The translations under genes were made by a program, and so were the position numbers. Source: a virus (Duplodnaviria; Heunggongvirae; Uroviricota; Caudoviricetes). Taken from it: a stretch of 64,000 nucleotides of DNA. The DNA is taken from positions 1 through 64,000 of the IMG/VR virus record IMGVR_UViG_2974594660_000001. One strand, 5' to 3'. How positions within the stretch are numbered: position 1 is the first letter of the stretch; every line of letters starts with the position of its first letter. The notes below the pieces were generated by a model. It was given only the letters and a program-made list of their open reading frames with translations, was not told where the DNA came from and searched no databases. Shown here one piece after another: positions 1-9,340 of this stretch.

Positions 1-192
1 TAAATCAGGATCAAATTCAACGTCTGGTCTATGGAAAGGTACATTAGCAGATTTACCAGCAATATTTTTTAATGTATTACCAGTGGTTTCTTCTAACATA
101 AACACACCAACTTTCTGGTGATATTTATTAATTAACCAAGCTGTTAGCTCATGTGCTAAGAGTGTCTTACCCTTGATGTTCAACAGTGGTCG
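1..192 (-). CDS. DnaB/T7 gp4-like replicative helicase domain, partial 3' exon of the primase-helicase; continues past the left edge of the window
   Basis: Reverse-strand translation reads ...RPLLNIKGKTLLAHELTAWLINKYHQKVGVFMLEETTGNTLKNIAGK.... This includes a Walker A GKT and the T7 gp4 helicase-like block KVGxxMLEE. The frame opens directly after an in-frame TAA with no start codon or RBS. Confidence 0.6.
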
Positions 193-990
193 TTAATCAC
201 TGCCCGTTCTCTTATGAACTGCTGCATATCCCTATGCAGAACAGACTATCTCTTCACCCTAATATTAGGGGTTGTGCGCTTCCATTTAAGTCTATGTTAA
301 AGACACCACTTGGCTGTACTTCGAGTTTTTATTAAACTCACCCTAGTCGTTACACCTTATCTTAATACTTGAAAATTATACATGTTTCCAAGCTCTACCA
401 ATCCTAACATCCTTAACAAAGGAGATTGTTACATTTGCAATCTCTGCGCATTCTTTTCTTGAAAATCCACGCTTTGTTAAATCTCTGACTAGTAAAACTG
501 TTTCTTCATTATATTTTGCATTGCCGTGTCTTTCTCCTTTAGGATTAAGATTATTATATTCACAATGCTTTCTGTTATCTTCACCAGTTGTCCATTCTAA
601 ATTATCAACATTATTATTTGTCCTGTCTCCATCTAAATGATTTACTTCAGGTAGATTTAGAGGATTATCAATAAAATGTTCTGCTACTAACCTGTGTATA
701 GCAAATTTCTTTGTATACTTACCAAAACTCAAAGTAACACGATAATATGGATTCTTACTGTCTGGTTTTGAATTGTCAAATTTTAAAACTCTTCCTGTTT
801 TCTTATTTCTAACAAAACCTTCAGAGCTTACTTCATAATTTTCATTTATGTTTATACTTTTATACATAGGTCTCTCCCATATGAATCAAGTATTAAGATC
901 TTGGCTCGGTATTATCTGTTCTAGACTTCCACCGAATTCACACAATTTATTTTGAGAGGATTACTCCTCAAAGGTAGCTGGTAAAAATCA
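191..990 (-). mobile_element. putative group I intron (about 0.8 kb) carrying an HNH homing endonuclease ORF and interrupting the primase-helicase gene in the helicase P-loop codons
   Basis: On the minus strand, the helicase N-terminus (which ends in a Gly-rich P-loop start) is separated from the Walker A GKT exon by 800 nt. That segment has P-like TTCGGTGG (rc of 929-936), Q-like ACCGAGCC (rc of 903-910), R-like ACGACTAGG (rc of 341-349) and S-like GATAGTCTG (rc of 241-249), in the correct P-Q-ORF-R-S order. There is also a P9-like hairpin with a GGGA tetraloop (rc of 222-239). Confidence 0.5.
376..867 (-). CDS. HNH homing endonuclease (HNH_3-type with a C-terminal helix-turn-helix-like region), intron-encoded
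   Basis: Motif EVNHLDGDRTNNNVDNLEWTTGEDNRKH (H-N-N/H core). A GGGAGAG RBS precedes the ATG. The ORF lies between the two halves of the helicase P-loop. Confidence 0.75.
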   Translation of the reverse strand: MYKSININENYEVSSEGFVRNKKTGRVLKFDNSKPDSKNPYYRVTLSFGKYTKKFAIHRLVAEHFIDNPLNLPEVNHLDGDRTNNNVDNLEWTTGEDNRKHCEYNNLNPKGERHGNAKYNEETVLLVRDLTKRGFSRKECAEIANVTISFVKDVRIGRAWKHV

Positions 991-2022
991 ACCACCCACA
1001 CCACCACCAACTGCTATCATCTCTCCATATCTAATACCATAAGTTAACTCTGTCAATCCTTTCCAAGGGTAATCCATACCCCATTCAGGTTTCTTCAGAG
1101 CATCCTCTAAACATTCAGACACTGTTGCAGATCCAGCTGGAGATTCTTTAGCTGCATTGAATCTTAAAAGATTATTAAGTTCAATACCACGTCCCTCCAT
1201 CAGCATATCATTTGCATCTTTCATAGGACTGCCGTCTTTCTTTTTACCCTTCGGTATTCTGGCAATCTTAATTCCTGGATACATTGCACGAGCTGCTGTT
1301 ACTGCTTCCTCACCTGCTTCATCATTATCCATACAGATAACAATTTCATCAAATGAATCTAAATATTTCCTACGTCTTGAAAAGGTTGTAGCAATAGATT
1401 TTGAACCATTAGGAAGAGCAACACAAGCTGGTTTGTATGTTGTTTTACCACTACTCACCAATACCTGAAAACCAGACATAGCAGATAATTCATCTTCAAA
1501 GATGAACAGTTTTCGACTGTATACATCACCTAAGATTGATTGGCTTTCACCAAAGAAGTCACATTCCCTACCATTTCCGATAGAGTAGAAATCTTTTGGA
1601 TCTAGGTTTCTAATCTTATATGCAGTGATTACACCATCTTTCTCTTTAGGATAAAAGTGTGAGATTACTTCTCTGTTTGTTGCAGATAAACCAACCCTAA
1701 CACCATACCTCTCTGCTACAGATTTACTAATACCCCTAGAGGTTAACTCCATTATTGGGAGTTCCTCTACCTCTGAAAGAACCTCTTTAAGTTCTTCAGG
1801 GGATAATTCAACCTGAACCTTTCTGATCTTTTCGTACTCTTCCTTGTTAGATTCAGTGATTTCCTCATAGTGACCACATCTATTACATGTAGCCCACTCT
1901 TCACCATTCTCTTCATTTCTCATGTGAATCAAATGGTTGCCCGTCTTATCATGCCCTCTTGAACGGCAAGTAGGACAGGCACTATCACCTAAAATTATTT
2001 TATTTCCATATGGTTTTGACAT
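988..2022 (-). CDS. DNA primase (zinc ribbon plus TOPRIM) fused to the N-terminal part of the helicase; exon 1 of a T7 gp4-like primase-helicase
   Basis: N-terminal CPTCRSRGH...CNRCGH zinc ribbon and an acidic TOPRIM-like core (FIFEDELSAMSG, CMDNDEAGEE). The C-terminus ...EMIAVGGGVGG is the beta-strand and start of a P-loop, followed by TGA. Confidence 0.75.
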   Translation of the reverse strand: MSKPYGNKIILGDSACPTCRSRGHDKTGNHLIHMRNEENGEEWATCNRCGHYEEITESNKEEYEKIRKVQVELSPEELKEVLSEVEELPIMELTSRGISKSVAERYGVRVGLSATNREVISHFYPKEKDGVITAYKIRNLDPKDFYSIGNGRECDFFGESQSILGDVYSRKLFIFEDELSAMSGFQVLVSSGKTTYKPACVALPNGSKSIATTFSRRRKYLDSFDEIVICMDNDEAGEEAVTAARAMYPGIKIARIPKGKKKDGSPMKDANDMLMEGRGIELNNLLRFNAAKESPAGSATVSECLEDALKKPEWGMDYPWKGLTELTYGIRYGEMIAVGGGVGG

Positions 2023-2043
2023 TATTTCTTCCCTGAGATTTAT

Positions 2044-2409
2044 TTAGAGGGTGAAAGGCACCCCACCACCTGTGTAGATTTCTTCTTCTTCGATATCAAA
2101 ACCTAAGTCTAATCCTAAGTCTTTGGTATATTCATATCGATTGATAATTTCTTGGGCTTCTTCTTTAGTATCAAAGAGTCCAGTTTTTGATCGAACTCCA
2201 CTTAAAATAAATACTGGAGAATATTTGATTACGAGTTCTATTTTTGATAAATTGTCTTCCTTGATCCGAAGTGGCGGAGCTCCATCCAGCCATGACACTA
2301 AAACTATCCCTTTTTTGTCAAGTGTTTTTAATACAACACCCTTCGTGCAATAACTTAGTAGATTATTATTTGAAACAACTACTGAATCACCGTTTTTAAA
2401 TAAAGACAT
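2044..2409 (-). CDS. hypothetical protein
   Basis: 121 aa ORF, co-oriented and tightly packed. Confidence 0.4.
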   Translation of the reverse strand: MSLFKNGDSVVVSNNNLLSYCTKGVVLKTLDKKGIVLVSWLDGAPPLRIKEDNLSKIELVIKYSPVFILSGVRSKTGLFDTKEEAQEIINRYEYTKDLGLDLGFDIEEEEIYTGGGVPFTL

Positions 2410-2440
2410 TTTTCACCCTCTGTATTATATTCTCAGTTTA

Positions 2441-2884
2441 TTACTTACGTTTGTACTCAACCCAATCACCAGACTCTACCAGTGTAGGTTGTTCTTCATC
2501 AATATGATAAATCCAAGCATCTAATCGATCACCGTTATCTAATTCAATTTCAATAATTGATCGATTATAGAAGTTTTGGGGACTATCTTTTTCATAGAAA
2601 CCCTCTAATGCATCGTAAGCACCCTCCATACCACTAATAGGTGCCTCGAATACATCAACAACAACTTGTTTATCATTATCATTATGGACTAATGACACAC
2701 TCGGGAAGTATGAACTTGCATAAGCATACAGGTTGAATTTATCAACAGTCTTACCAGTTCCTACATGAACCCCTTCACCACGTGCATTTACTCGGAAGTT
2801 TTCCATTCCTAATCGTAATGAACCGTAAGTTGCGATGAATACGTTGCCTTCTTGTGGAGCTAATTTTGCATTACTTTTTGACAT
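2441..2884 (-). CDS. gamma-glutamyl cyclotransferase-like (AIG2/GGCT fold) protein
   Basis: N-terminal FIATYGSLRLG matches the YGSL motif of GGCT/AIG2-like enzymes. The size is about right for the family. Confidence 0.45.
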   Translation of the reverse strand: MSKSNAKLAPQEGNVFIATYGSLRLGMENFRVNARGEGVHVGTGKTVDKFNLYAYASSYFPSVSLVHNDNDKQVVVDVFEAPISGMEGAYDALEGFYEKDSPQNFYNRSIIEIELDNGDRLDAWIYHIDEEQPTLVESGDWVEYKRK

Positions 2885-2901
2885 AATTTATTACCTTAAA
2901 A

Positions 2902-3474
2902 TTAAAAATCGTAATTAAAGAATCTGTGTTTATCTTTAAGTTTTTCTAAAAGAGTGTTGAAGCTGTTTTCATTCAAGATTAAACGATTTGGGTTATTTGG
3001 AATATAATTTGCTTCAAATATATCCTCACGTGGAGCTGTTACAGTTCTAAAACCAATAACTTGTCGTGATTGTGTTGATAAATCTGAACTATAAAGTCTC
3101 AATTCATTTCCATGATTTTCTTTTATAAATTTGAGATGATCCTCCATATAGCTTTTTTCATAATGGCCATGATAACCTAAGTGATCAGCTTTTAACGAGT
3201 AATAAGAACCATCATCTTTTATATTGCATCCAAAAATGTTTGTCACTTCTTTATTCACGGATGTGTCAAAAACAGTGACTGAACACCTCAAAGATTTTGC
3301 AATAAGCTCTTTCGTTATTGGGTAGTGTTTAAACATATCTTCATAACAAGAAACAAAAGATAAACACGTGCTTAGGTTATTAATTACCAAGTCAAAGTAT
3401 ATACTTGTTAGTTCATTAATATCAAGACTATCTACCCAAACATAATCTCGATTTATACCTCTTAACTGGTACAT
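2902..3474 (-). CDS. hypothetical protein
   Basis: 190 aa ORF. Confidence 0.4.
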   Translation of the reverse strand: MYQLRGINRDYVWVDSLDINELTSIYFDLVINNLSTCLSFVSCYEDMFKHYPITKELIAKSLRCSVTVFDTSVNKEVTNIFGCNIKDDGSYYSLKADHLGYHGHYEKSYMEDHLKFIKENHGNELRLYSSDLSTQSRQVIGFRTVTAPREDIFEANYIPNNPNRLILNENSFNTLLEKLKDKHRFFNYDF

Positions 3475-4019
3475 TTACCTCTACCCTCCAAGTTCAATCT
3501 TTGTGTTCTTGGGTGTTTATAAATACCCTTAAATATCCTACTCATTTGTTCTTCATTAAAGAAAACCATAATACCACCAGTACTAGATCCGCCTTTTACT
3601 GCATCACCATATTCGATAGACTCTACCTTAAAATCTACATGAGTTTTAATAACATCCTCTTGTGTTTGATCAATGTAATATGTTGGTATTCTTACAAACA
3701 GACACCTGTCCCCATCATCTTCCTTAACCAAGAATACATCTTTATATAACCCTTGTTTATACTCTGCTATCGTCAGGAATTCACTTGTTACATCTTTTTT
3801 ATTTAATGTGATTTTTCTAAATTTGGATTTGGATTCAATTATCAGTCGTGTTATATATTTTTTACTTATTAATATATTTGATCTGCTTCTTGTAAAAACT
3901 GAGCTCATGTTATATGTTATATCATCAACAATTTCTGATATTAAAAAATCTTCAACCTCTTTAGGTGAATTTGATTTCATTTTTAAAACACCAAATAAGG
4001 AATGTTCTACTCTATACAT
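3462..4019 (-). CDS. hypothetical protein, paralog of the adjacent gene
   Basis: Shares the KEVEDxxIxxIxDDxxY N-terminal motif with ORF 4021..4581. Confidence 0.45.
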   Translation of the reverse strand: MYRVEHSLFGVLKMKSNSPKEVEDFLISEIVDDITYNMSSVFTRSRSNILISKKYITRLIIESKSKFRKITLNKKDVTSEFLTIAEYKQGLYKDVFLVKEDDGDRCLFVRIPTYYIDQTQEDVIKTHVDFKVESIEYGDAVKGGSSTGGIMVFFNEEQMSRIFKGIYKHPRTQRLNLEGRGKCTS

Positions 4020-4020
4020 A

Positions 4021-4581
4021 TCAACCTCTACTGTTTATAACTTTGTAGATTAAACTATTCTTTATTGTATAAAGAAGTTTATCCAATGTCTCTTTATTTG
4101 GAAATGATAAGTTCAGACTCATGCTACCATTAATCCCAGATACAGATACATCTTCCACACCACCCAGATTGGGGTTTCTTTCATCAAAAATCAGTTTTAT
4201 TCTTTCTAAGAAGTGTTTATCTATAAAGCACTCATGCCAGTTACCATGTGGTATAACTGAGTCATCTTTAAATAAAATACTAACACCTCTATATGCCATA
4301 TTTTTAAAAACAACCCTTTTAGAGTAATTTCCAGTTAGATCCACCATCTTGCCATTATCATCAATGCTGACAATATATCTGCTAACTATTCTGGATCTTA
4401 TAATCATTTTTAAAAGATGTTCATCCGTCACTTTCAGAGTTACCCCTCTATAGGCGTATGAAAGATCATCTAAAACTCCATCACAGATATCTTTTATATA
4501 CCTATCTTCAACTTCTTTTAGATTTTCACTTCTAAAGATACCATTGCTTTCAACAGACGGGTTGGCTGTATATACGAACAT
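4021..4581 (-). CDS. hypothetical protein, paralog of 3462..4019
   Basis: ENLKEVEDRYIKDICDGVLDDLSYAY compared with NSPKEVEDFLISEIVDDITYNM in the neighbouring ORF. Confidence 0.45.
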   Translation of the reverse strand: MFVYTANPSVESNGIFRSENLKEVEDRYIKDICDGVLDDLSYAYRGVTLKVTDEHLLKMIIRSRIVSRYIVSIDDNGKMVDLTGNYSKRVVFKNMAYRGVSILFKDDSVIPHGNWHECFIDKHFLERIKLIFDERNPNLGGVEDVSVSGINGSMSLNLSFPNKETLDKLLYTIKNSLIYKVINSRG

Positions 4582-4604
4582 TTAATATTCCTCTATTTGA
4601 TATG

Positions 4605-4637
4605 TTTATAATATAAAATAGCCCCCGTTAGGAGGCT
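4605..4637 (-). terminator. rho-independent terminator downstream of nrdB
   Basis: Minus strand AGCCTCC-TAAC-GGGGGCT hairpin followed by ATTTTATATTAT. Confidence 0.45.
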
Positions 4638-4642
4638 CGGAA

Positions 4643-5782
4643 CTATAATTCAAAATCTAGTAATGTTGATGTGTCAACTTTAGAATCAATTTGACCAACT
4701 AAATAAGAACTCACTTCAACTTCTTGTGGAGCAACTTGAACATTATCTGACACCAACCAAGAGTTAATCCAAGGGATTGGGTTTGATTTAGATTCGAACA
4801 ATACTGGCAAACCAATAGCCCTCATTCGAATATTTGTGATATACTCTACATATGCAGATAGGATATCATAATTCAAACCAATCATTGAACCTTTAGAGAA
4901 TAAGTATTTAGCCCATTCTTTTTCTTGATTTGCAGAATCCAGGAACATTTTGATACACTCTTCTTGACACTCAGCGGCAATGGATGCCATATCTTCATCA
5001 TCTTTTCCAGATGCTAGAATGTTTAAAGTGTGTTGAGTTCCAGTTAGGTGAAGAGCTTCATCTCGTGCTATAAGTTTAATAATCTTAGCGTTACCTTCCA
5101 TCAACTCACGTTCTGCGAAAGCAAAAGAGCATGCAAAGCTTACATAGAATCGGATTGCTTCTAAAATATTAATACTCATTAAGCATAAGTAAATTAACTT
5201 CTTATGTTCACGTAAAGATAAAGTCTTAACAAGACCCTCTTTATCTTTGTAGTTACCATAACCATGTATACTTACTAAGTTGTTATAATTGATTAACTCA
5301 TCATAATACTTAGAAACACTTGTAGCTCTCTTTTTAATCTCTTCATTCTCGACAATGTCATCAAAGATGATAGATGGATCATTTACAATATTACGAATAA
5401 TATGCGTATAAGAACGAGAGTGAATAGTTTCAGAGAATGACCAAGTCTCAATCCATGTTTCTAACTCTGGAATAGATACAATTGGAAGTAATGCAACGTT
5501 TGGAGATCGACCCTGAACAGAATCCAACAGTGTTTGATATTTAAGGTTACTAATGAAGATATGTTTTTCATGCTCTGGGAGTTTCATGTAATCAATTCGA
5601 TCTTGGCTTACATCAACTTCCTCTGGTCTCCAAAAGAAAGATAACTGTTTCTCTATTAGTTTCTCAAAGATTGGATACTTCTGCTGATCATACCGAGATA
5701 CATTAACATTTTGACCTAAGAACATTGGCTCTTCAAGTTGATTGTTTTTCACTTGTGAGAATGTTGTATATTTTTTAGACAT
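4643..5782 (-). CDS. nrdB: ribonucleoside-diphosphate reductase beta subunit (class Ia R2)
   Basis: [25 protein letters not shown] and other R2 iron and tyrosyl-radical motifs. By my memory it is close to collinear with E. coli NrdB. The probable start is the ATG at 5782, which has a GAGGT RBS; the longest ORF starts at 5812. Confidence 0.95.
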   Translation of the reverse strand: MSKKYTTFSQVKNNQLEEPMFLGQNVNVSRYDQQKYPIFEKLIEKQLSFFWRPEEVDVSQDRIDYMKLPEHEKHIFISNLKYQTLLDSVQGRSPNVALLPIVSIPELETWIETWSFSETIHSRSYTHIIRNIVNDPSIIFDDIVENEEIKKRATSVSKYYDELINYNNLVSIHGYGNYKDKEGLVKTLSLREHKKLIYLCLMSINILEAIRFYVSFACSFAFAERELMEGNAKIIKLIARDEALHLTGTQHTLNILASGKDDEDMASIAAECQEECIKMFLDSANQEKEWAKYLFSKGSMIGLNYDILSAYVEYITNIRMRAIGLPVLFESKSNPIPWINSWLVSDNVQVAPQEVEVSSYLVGQIDSKVDTSTLLDFEL

Positions 5783-5823
5783 TATTACCTCATAATAAAG
5801 AGGGGAATTCACCCCTCTATAAA

Positions 5824-8097
5824 TTAAATCTTACAAGCACCACTTTCACAATCTGAGTCTAAATCTTCTTGAGAATCTTCAGCCCCATCTCGTGTATTTT
5901 GGTAGTACAGAGTTTTGAGTCCAAATTTATAAGCCATTAACAAATCTTTTAATAACTGATTCATTGGAACTTTGTCATCTTGGAATCTCTTAGGATCATA
6001 ATTTGTATTAGCTGAAATTGCTTGGTCAACGAACTTCTGCATAATACCAACAAGTTGTAAATAACCACTATTATTAGGAATACTCCATAATAATTCATAG
6101 TTATCTTTAAGTTTATCAAACTCTGGGACAACTTGTTTTAAGATCCCATCCTTAGAGGTTTTAACACTTACAAAACCCCTAGGAGGCTCAATACCATTAG
6201 TGGCATTTGAAATCTGAGAAGATGTTTCTGATGGCATCAACGCTGTTAAGGTTGAGTTTCTCAAGCCACTTTCAACAATTTCCTTCCTCAAGGTTTCCCA
6301 ATCCATGTGAAGTTTTTCAGTCACAATTGAATCAATATCTTTTTTATAAGTATCGATTGGTAGAACTCCTTTAGAGTAAGTAGTCTCATTGAATAACCCA
6401 CAAGCACCAAACTCTTTTGCCAATTTATTAGAAGCTTTCAATAGGTAGTATTGGATTGCTTCAAAGGTTCGGTGAGTCAGGTTGTTTGCACTACCATCAG
6501 AGTACTTAACACCATTCTTAGCCAAGTAATATGCAAAGTTAATAACACCTACACCTAAAGTTCTTCGTCTCTTAGATGATAACTCAGCTGCAATAATTGG
6601 GTAGTTTTGATAGTCTAAAAGAGAATCAAGCCCACGAACAATTAATTCAGATAAGTATTCTAACTCATCAAGATTGTCAATTTTACCAAGATTAAAAGCA
6701 GACAGAGTACATAATGCAATTTCACCGTCTTCATCTTTTAAATCTTTCATTGGTTTCGTTGGAAGTGCAATCTCTAAACATAAGTTTGATTGCTTAATAG
6801 GTGCTACCTCTGAATCAAACGGACTGTGGGTGTTGCAATGGTCTACGTTCTGGATGTAAATACGACCAGTTGACGCCCGTTCTTGCATTAAGGTTGAGAA
6901 TAAATCCACAGCCCTGACAACTTTCTTCCTAATACTATCATCATTTTCATATTGATGGTACAAGGCTTCAAATTGATTCTGATTACTGAAGAAAGACTCA
7001 TAAAGTCCAGGTACATCAGATGGACTGAACAGTGTAATATTCCCATTCTGGATTAAACGATTATAAAGTGTCTTATTAATTTGAACACCATAATCTAAAT
7101 GTCTAACCCTGTTCTCCTCAACACCCCTATTGTTTCGTAACACAAGTAAGCTCTCAGCTTCTAAATGCCAGAGTGGATAGAACAATGTAGCAGCACCACC
7201 ACGAACACCGCCTTGAGAACAAGATTTTACTGCTGTTTGGAAGTGTTTATAGAAAGGGATTACTCCGGTATGGAAAGCTTCTCCACCTCGAATACGGCTT
7301 CCTAAAGCACGAATTGCTCCAGCATTAATACCTATACCAGCCCTCTGTGATACATACTTAATAATAGCGTTAGATGCAGAGTTAATCTCATCTAAACTAT
7401 CACCAGCTTCAATCAGTACACAAGAACTAAACTGTCGTGTTGGAGTTCTCACACCAGCCATAATAGGCGTCGGTAGTGATAATTTAAAAGTGGATGTTGC
7501 ATCATAGAAATCTCGGATAAACTTCATCCTTTTTTCTCCACTGTATTTAGAGAATAGGCAAGCTGCAACTAACATGTACAAGAACTGAGCGCTCTCATAA
7601 ATCTCACCACTAACACGATCCTGAACAAGATATTTACCCTCTAACTGTTTAACAGCTGCATAGGCAAAATCTAAATCTCGATCATGATCAATGAAATCAT
7701 CCATCATATTAATCTCATTCTCAGAGTAATCCTCAAGAATGTGACTATCATATTTACCCATGTCTACTAATTTTTTAATATGATCATAAAGTTTAGGTGG
7801 TTTATAACCTCCATAAGCTTTCTTTCTCAAATTAAATATAGATAGACGGGCTGCCAAATATTGGTAATCAGGAGACTCTTCACTGATTAAATCCGCCGCA
7901 CTTTTGATAAGTGTTTCATGGATATCTGAAGTCTTCATGTTTGGTGCAAACTGAATCTGCGCCCTTAATTCTACCTGAGACACAGATACATTATTTAAAC
8001 CCTCTGAAGCCCATGTTACTACTTTGTGAATCTTTTCCAGATCCAAAGGCTCTTGACTTCCATCACGTTTAGTAACTAACATTCCTTGTTGTTCCAT
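5824..8097 (-). CDS. nrdA: ribonucleoside-diphosphate reductase alpha subunit (class Ia R1) with N-terminal ATP cone
   Basis: VTKRDGSxE ATP cone, active-site region [10 protein letters not shown], and C-terminal CESGACKI redox tail. Very similar to E. coli NrdA from memory. Confidence 0.95.
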   Translation of the reverse strand: MEQQGMLVTKRDGSQEPLDLEKIHKVVTWASEGLNNVSVSQVELRAQIQFAPNMKTSDIHETLIKSAADLISEESPDYQYLAARLSIFNLRKKAYGGYKPPKLYDHIKKLVDMGKYDSHILEDYSENEINMMDDFIDHDRDLDFAYAAVKQLEGKYLVQDRVSGEIYESAQFLYMLVAACLFSKYSGEKRMKFIRDFYDATSTFKLSLPTPIMAGVRTPTRQFSSCVLIEAGDSLDEINSASNAIIKYVSQRAGIGINAGAIRALGSRIRGGEAFHTGVIPFYKHFQTAVKSCSQGGVRGGAATLFYPLWHLEAESLLVLRNNRGVEENRVRHLDYGVQINKTLYNRLIQNGNITLFSPSDVPGLYESFFSNQNQFEALYHQYENDDSIRKKVVRAVDLFSTLMQERASTGRIYIQNVDHCNTHSPFDSEVAPIKQSNLCLEIALPTKPMKDLKDEDGEIALCTLSAFNLGKIDNLDELEYLSELIVRGLDSLLDYQNYPIIAAELSSKRRRTLGVGVINFAYYLAKNGVKYSDGSANNLTHRTFEAIQYYLLKASNKLAKEFGACGLFNETTYSKGVLPIDTYKKDIDSIVTEKLHMDWETLRKEIVESGLRNSTLTALMPSETSSQISNATNGIEPPRGFVSVKTSKDGILKQVVPEFDKLKDNYELLWSIPNNSGYLQLVGIMQKFVDQAISANTNYDPKRFQDDKVPMNQLLKDLLMAYKFGLKTLYYQNTRDGAEDSQEDLDSDCESGACKI

Positions 8098-8119
8098 TAA
8101 TAATCTCCCTGACTATTTC

Positions 8120-8560
8120 TTACTTGCTTTCTTTGGTGATGTATAAAATTTCAGATGATCGAAAAGCTGCCACGAAATTCTTTTCTTCGTGTCGGTTCTC
8201 ACCATTATAAAAATGAGTCCAAGTTGAATCAGAGATAGATCGTTCTGCTTTTACTGTAAGCAAATCTCCACCTTTTAAACCCACTTTGTATTTATTTAAG
8301 ATTGGCATGTCTTCTCCTAATGGAATACTGATAATATCATTAATTGCGAAGTCTCTAGTTTCATTTTTATCTAAATCTAGAGCTGTTACAAAATACTGCT
8401 CACCTTTGTGGTATTCAGTTTCCCCTTTCCAAATAGATTTTATTTCTATATTCCTAAAGGAAACTACACCTTTCCAGTTCTTGTATAGTATTTTTAATTT
8501 CTTGTTAATAAAAGCAATTAGGACTACTCTTTTAATCCTTTGTTCTAAAATGTTTTTCAT
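8120..8560 (-). CDS. hypothetical protein
   Basis: 146 aa ORF. Confidence 0.4.
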   Translation of the reverse strand: MKNILEQRIKRVVLIAFINKKLKILYKNWKGVVSFRNIEIKSIWKGETEYHKGEQYFVTALDLDKNETRDFAINDIISIPLGEDMPILNKYKVGLKGGDLLTVKAERSISDSTWTHFYNGENRHEEKNFVAAFRSSEILYITKESK

Positions 8561-9102
8561 AATTCTAAATCCTTAGAAAGATGCTTAACAGCATAAGCTA
8601 ATGGGGATTCAATTAAGATTTTTGAATTTTGACAACATGTTTCTAGATTAGAGAGTGTTTTACCAAGTGTGTTAATACTTGATAAGTCATTACCCTCTAA
8701 GTGGACGATAAACACATAGGTTATTGTTGGGACTAAATCTGTATTTATTACCAACTTTCCAATTAATTCAGTGTTTCCGTTGATTTGTAAAGATTTCATA
8801 AGATCCTCTGCTACTTCATAAGGATCTTCTTTATCTTTAGTTTTTGAGTGGGAAGAAAGGATAGGGATATCTAATAGTGCATTCTTCCCCTCTTTTATTA
8901 CAACAAAATTATTTTTTGGATTATCTTGTTGCATAACAGGTATGATAGCTACTTGATCTTTTATAAGTGCAACATCTTGATCTTTATCGGATGTTCTCAC
9001 ATTTACAAGCTCAATGTTTTCTGTTTTTTCAATAATGCTGTATGATATCATCTTTTCCTCAGAATGGAATATCGTCATTAATCCATGCGTTACCAAAAGC
9101 AT
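8557..9102 (-). CDS. hypothetical protein
   Basis: 181 aa ORF. Confidence 0.4.
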   Translation of the reverse strand: MLLVTHGLMTIFHSEEKMISYSIIEKTENIELVNVRTSDKDQDVALIKDQVAIIPVMQQDNPKNNFVVIKEGKNALLDIPILSSHSKTKDKEDPYEVAEDLMKSLQINGNTELIGKLVINTDLVPTITYVFIVHLEGNDLSSINTLGKTLSNLETCCQNSKILIESPLAYAVKHLSKDLEL

Positions 9103-9340
9103 CTTCTTGCTCTTGTAAATACATAGCCACTAGACGTTCATTTTGTTCAGATTTTTGTTTATTTTTATATAAACGTTTCTGAACTTTAATTATGTGCTCA
9201 ACATCAGGTGTTACAGTTATCTTTGGAACTTTACCCTCAAAAGAAAGCCCCTTAAAAGGGGCAATCAGGTAACAAAAAATGGCTGCTTCACTATTAGTTG
9301 ACAACTGTACATCTTCGCCGTTAGTTAGTTTGTAATTCAC
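9059..9340 (-). CDS. hypothetical protein
   Basis: 93 aa ORF overlapping its neighbours. Confidence 0.3.
   Translation of the reverse strand: MNYKLTNGEDVQLSTNSEAAIFCYLIAPFKGLSFEGKVPKITVTPDVEHIIKVQKRLYKNKQKSEQNERLVAMYLQEQEDAFGNAWINDDIPF

Noticed and set aside
1157-2353. Plus-strand ORFs 1157..1468 and 2123..2353, antisense to the primase and the 2044..2409 gene
   Set aside because: They are embedded in longer, motif-bearing minus-strand genes. Their low-complexity hydrophobic translations are typical of shadow ORFs.
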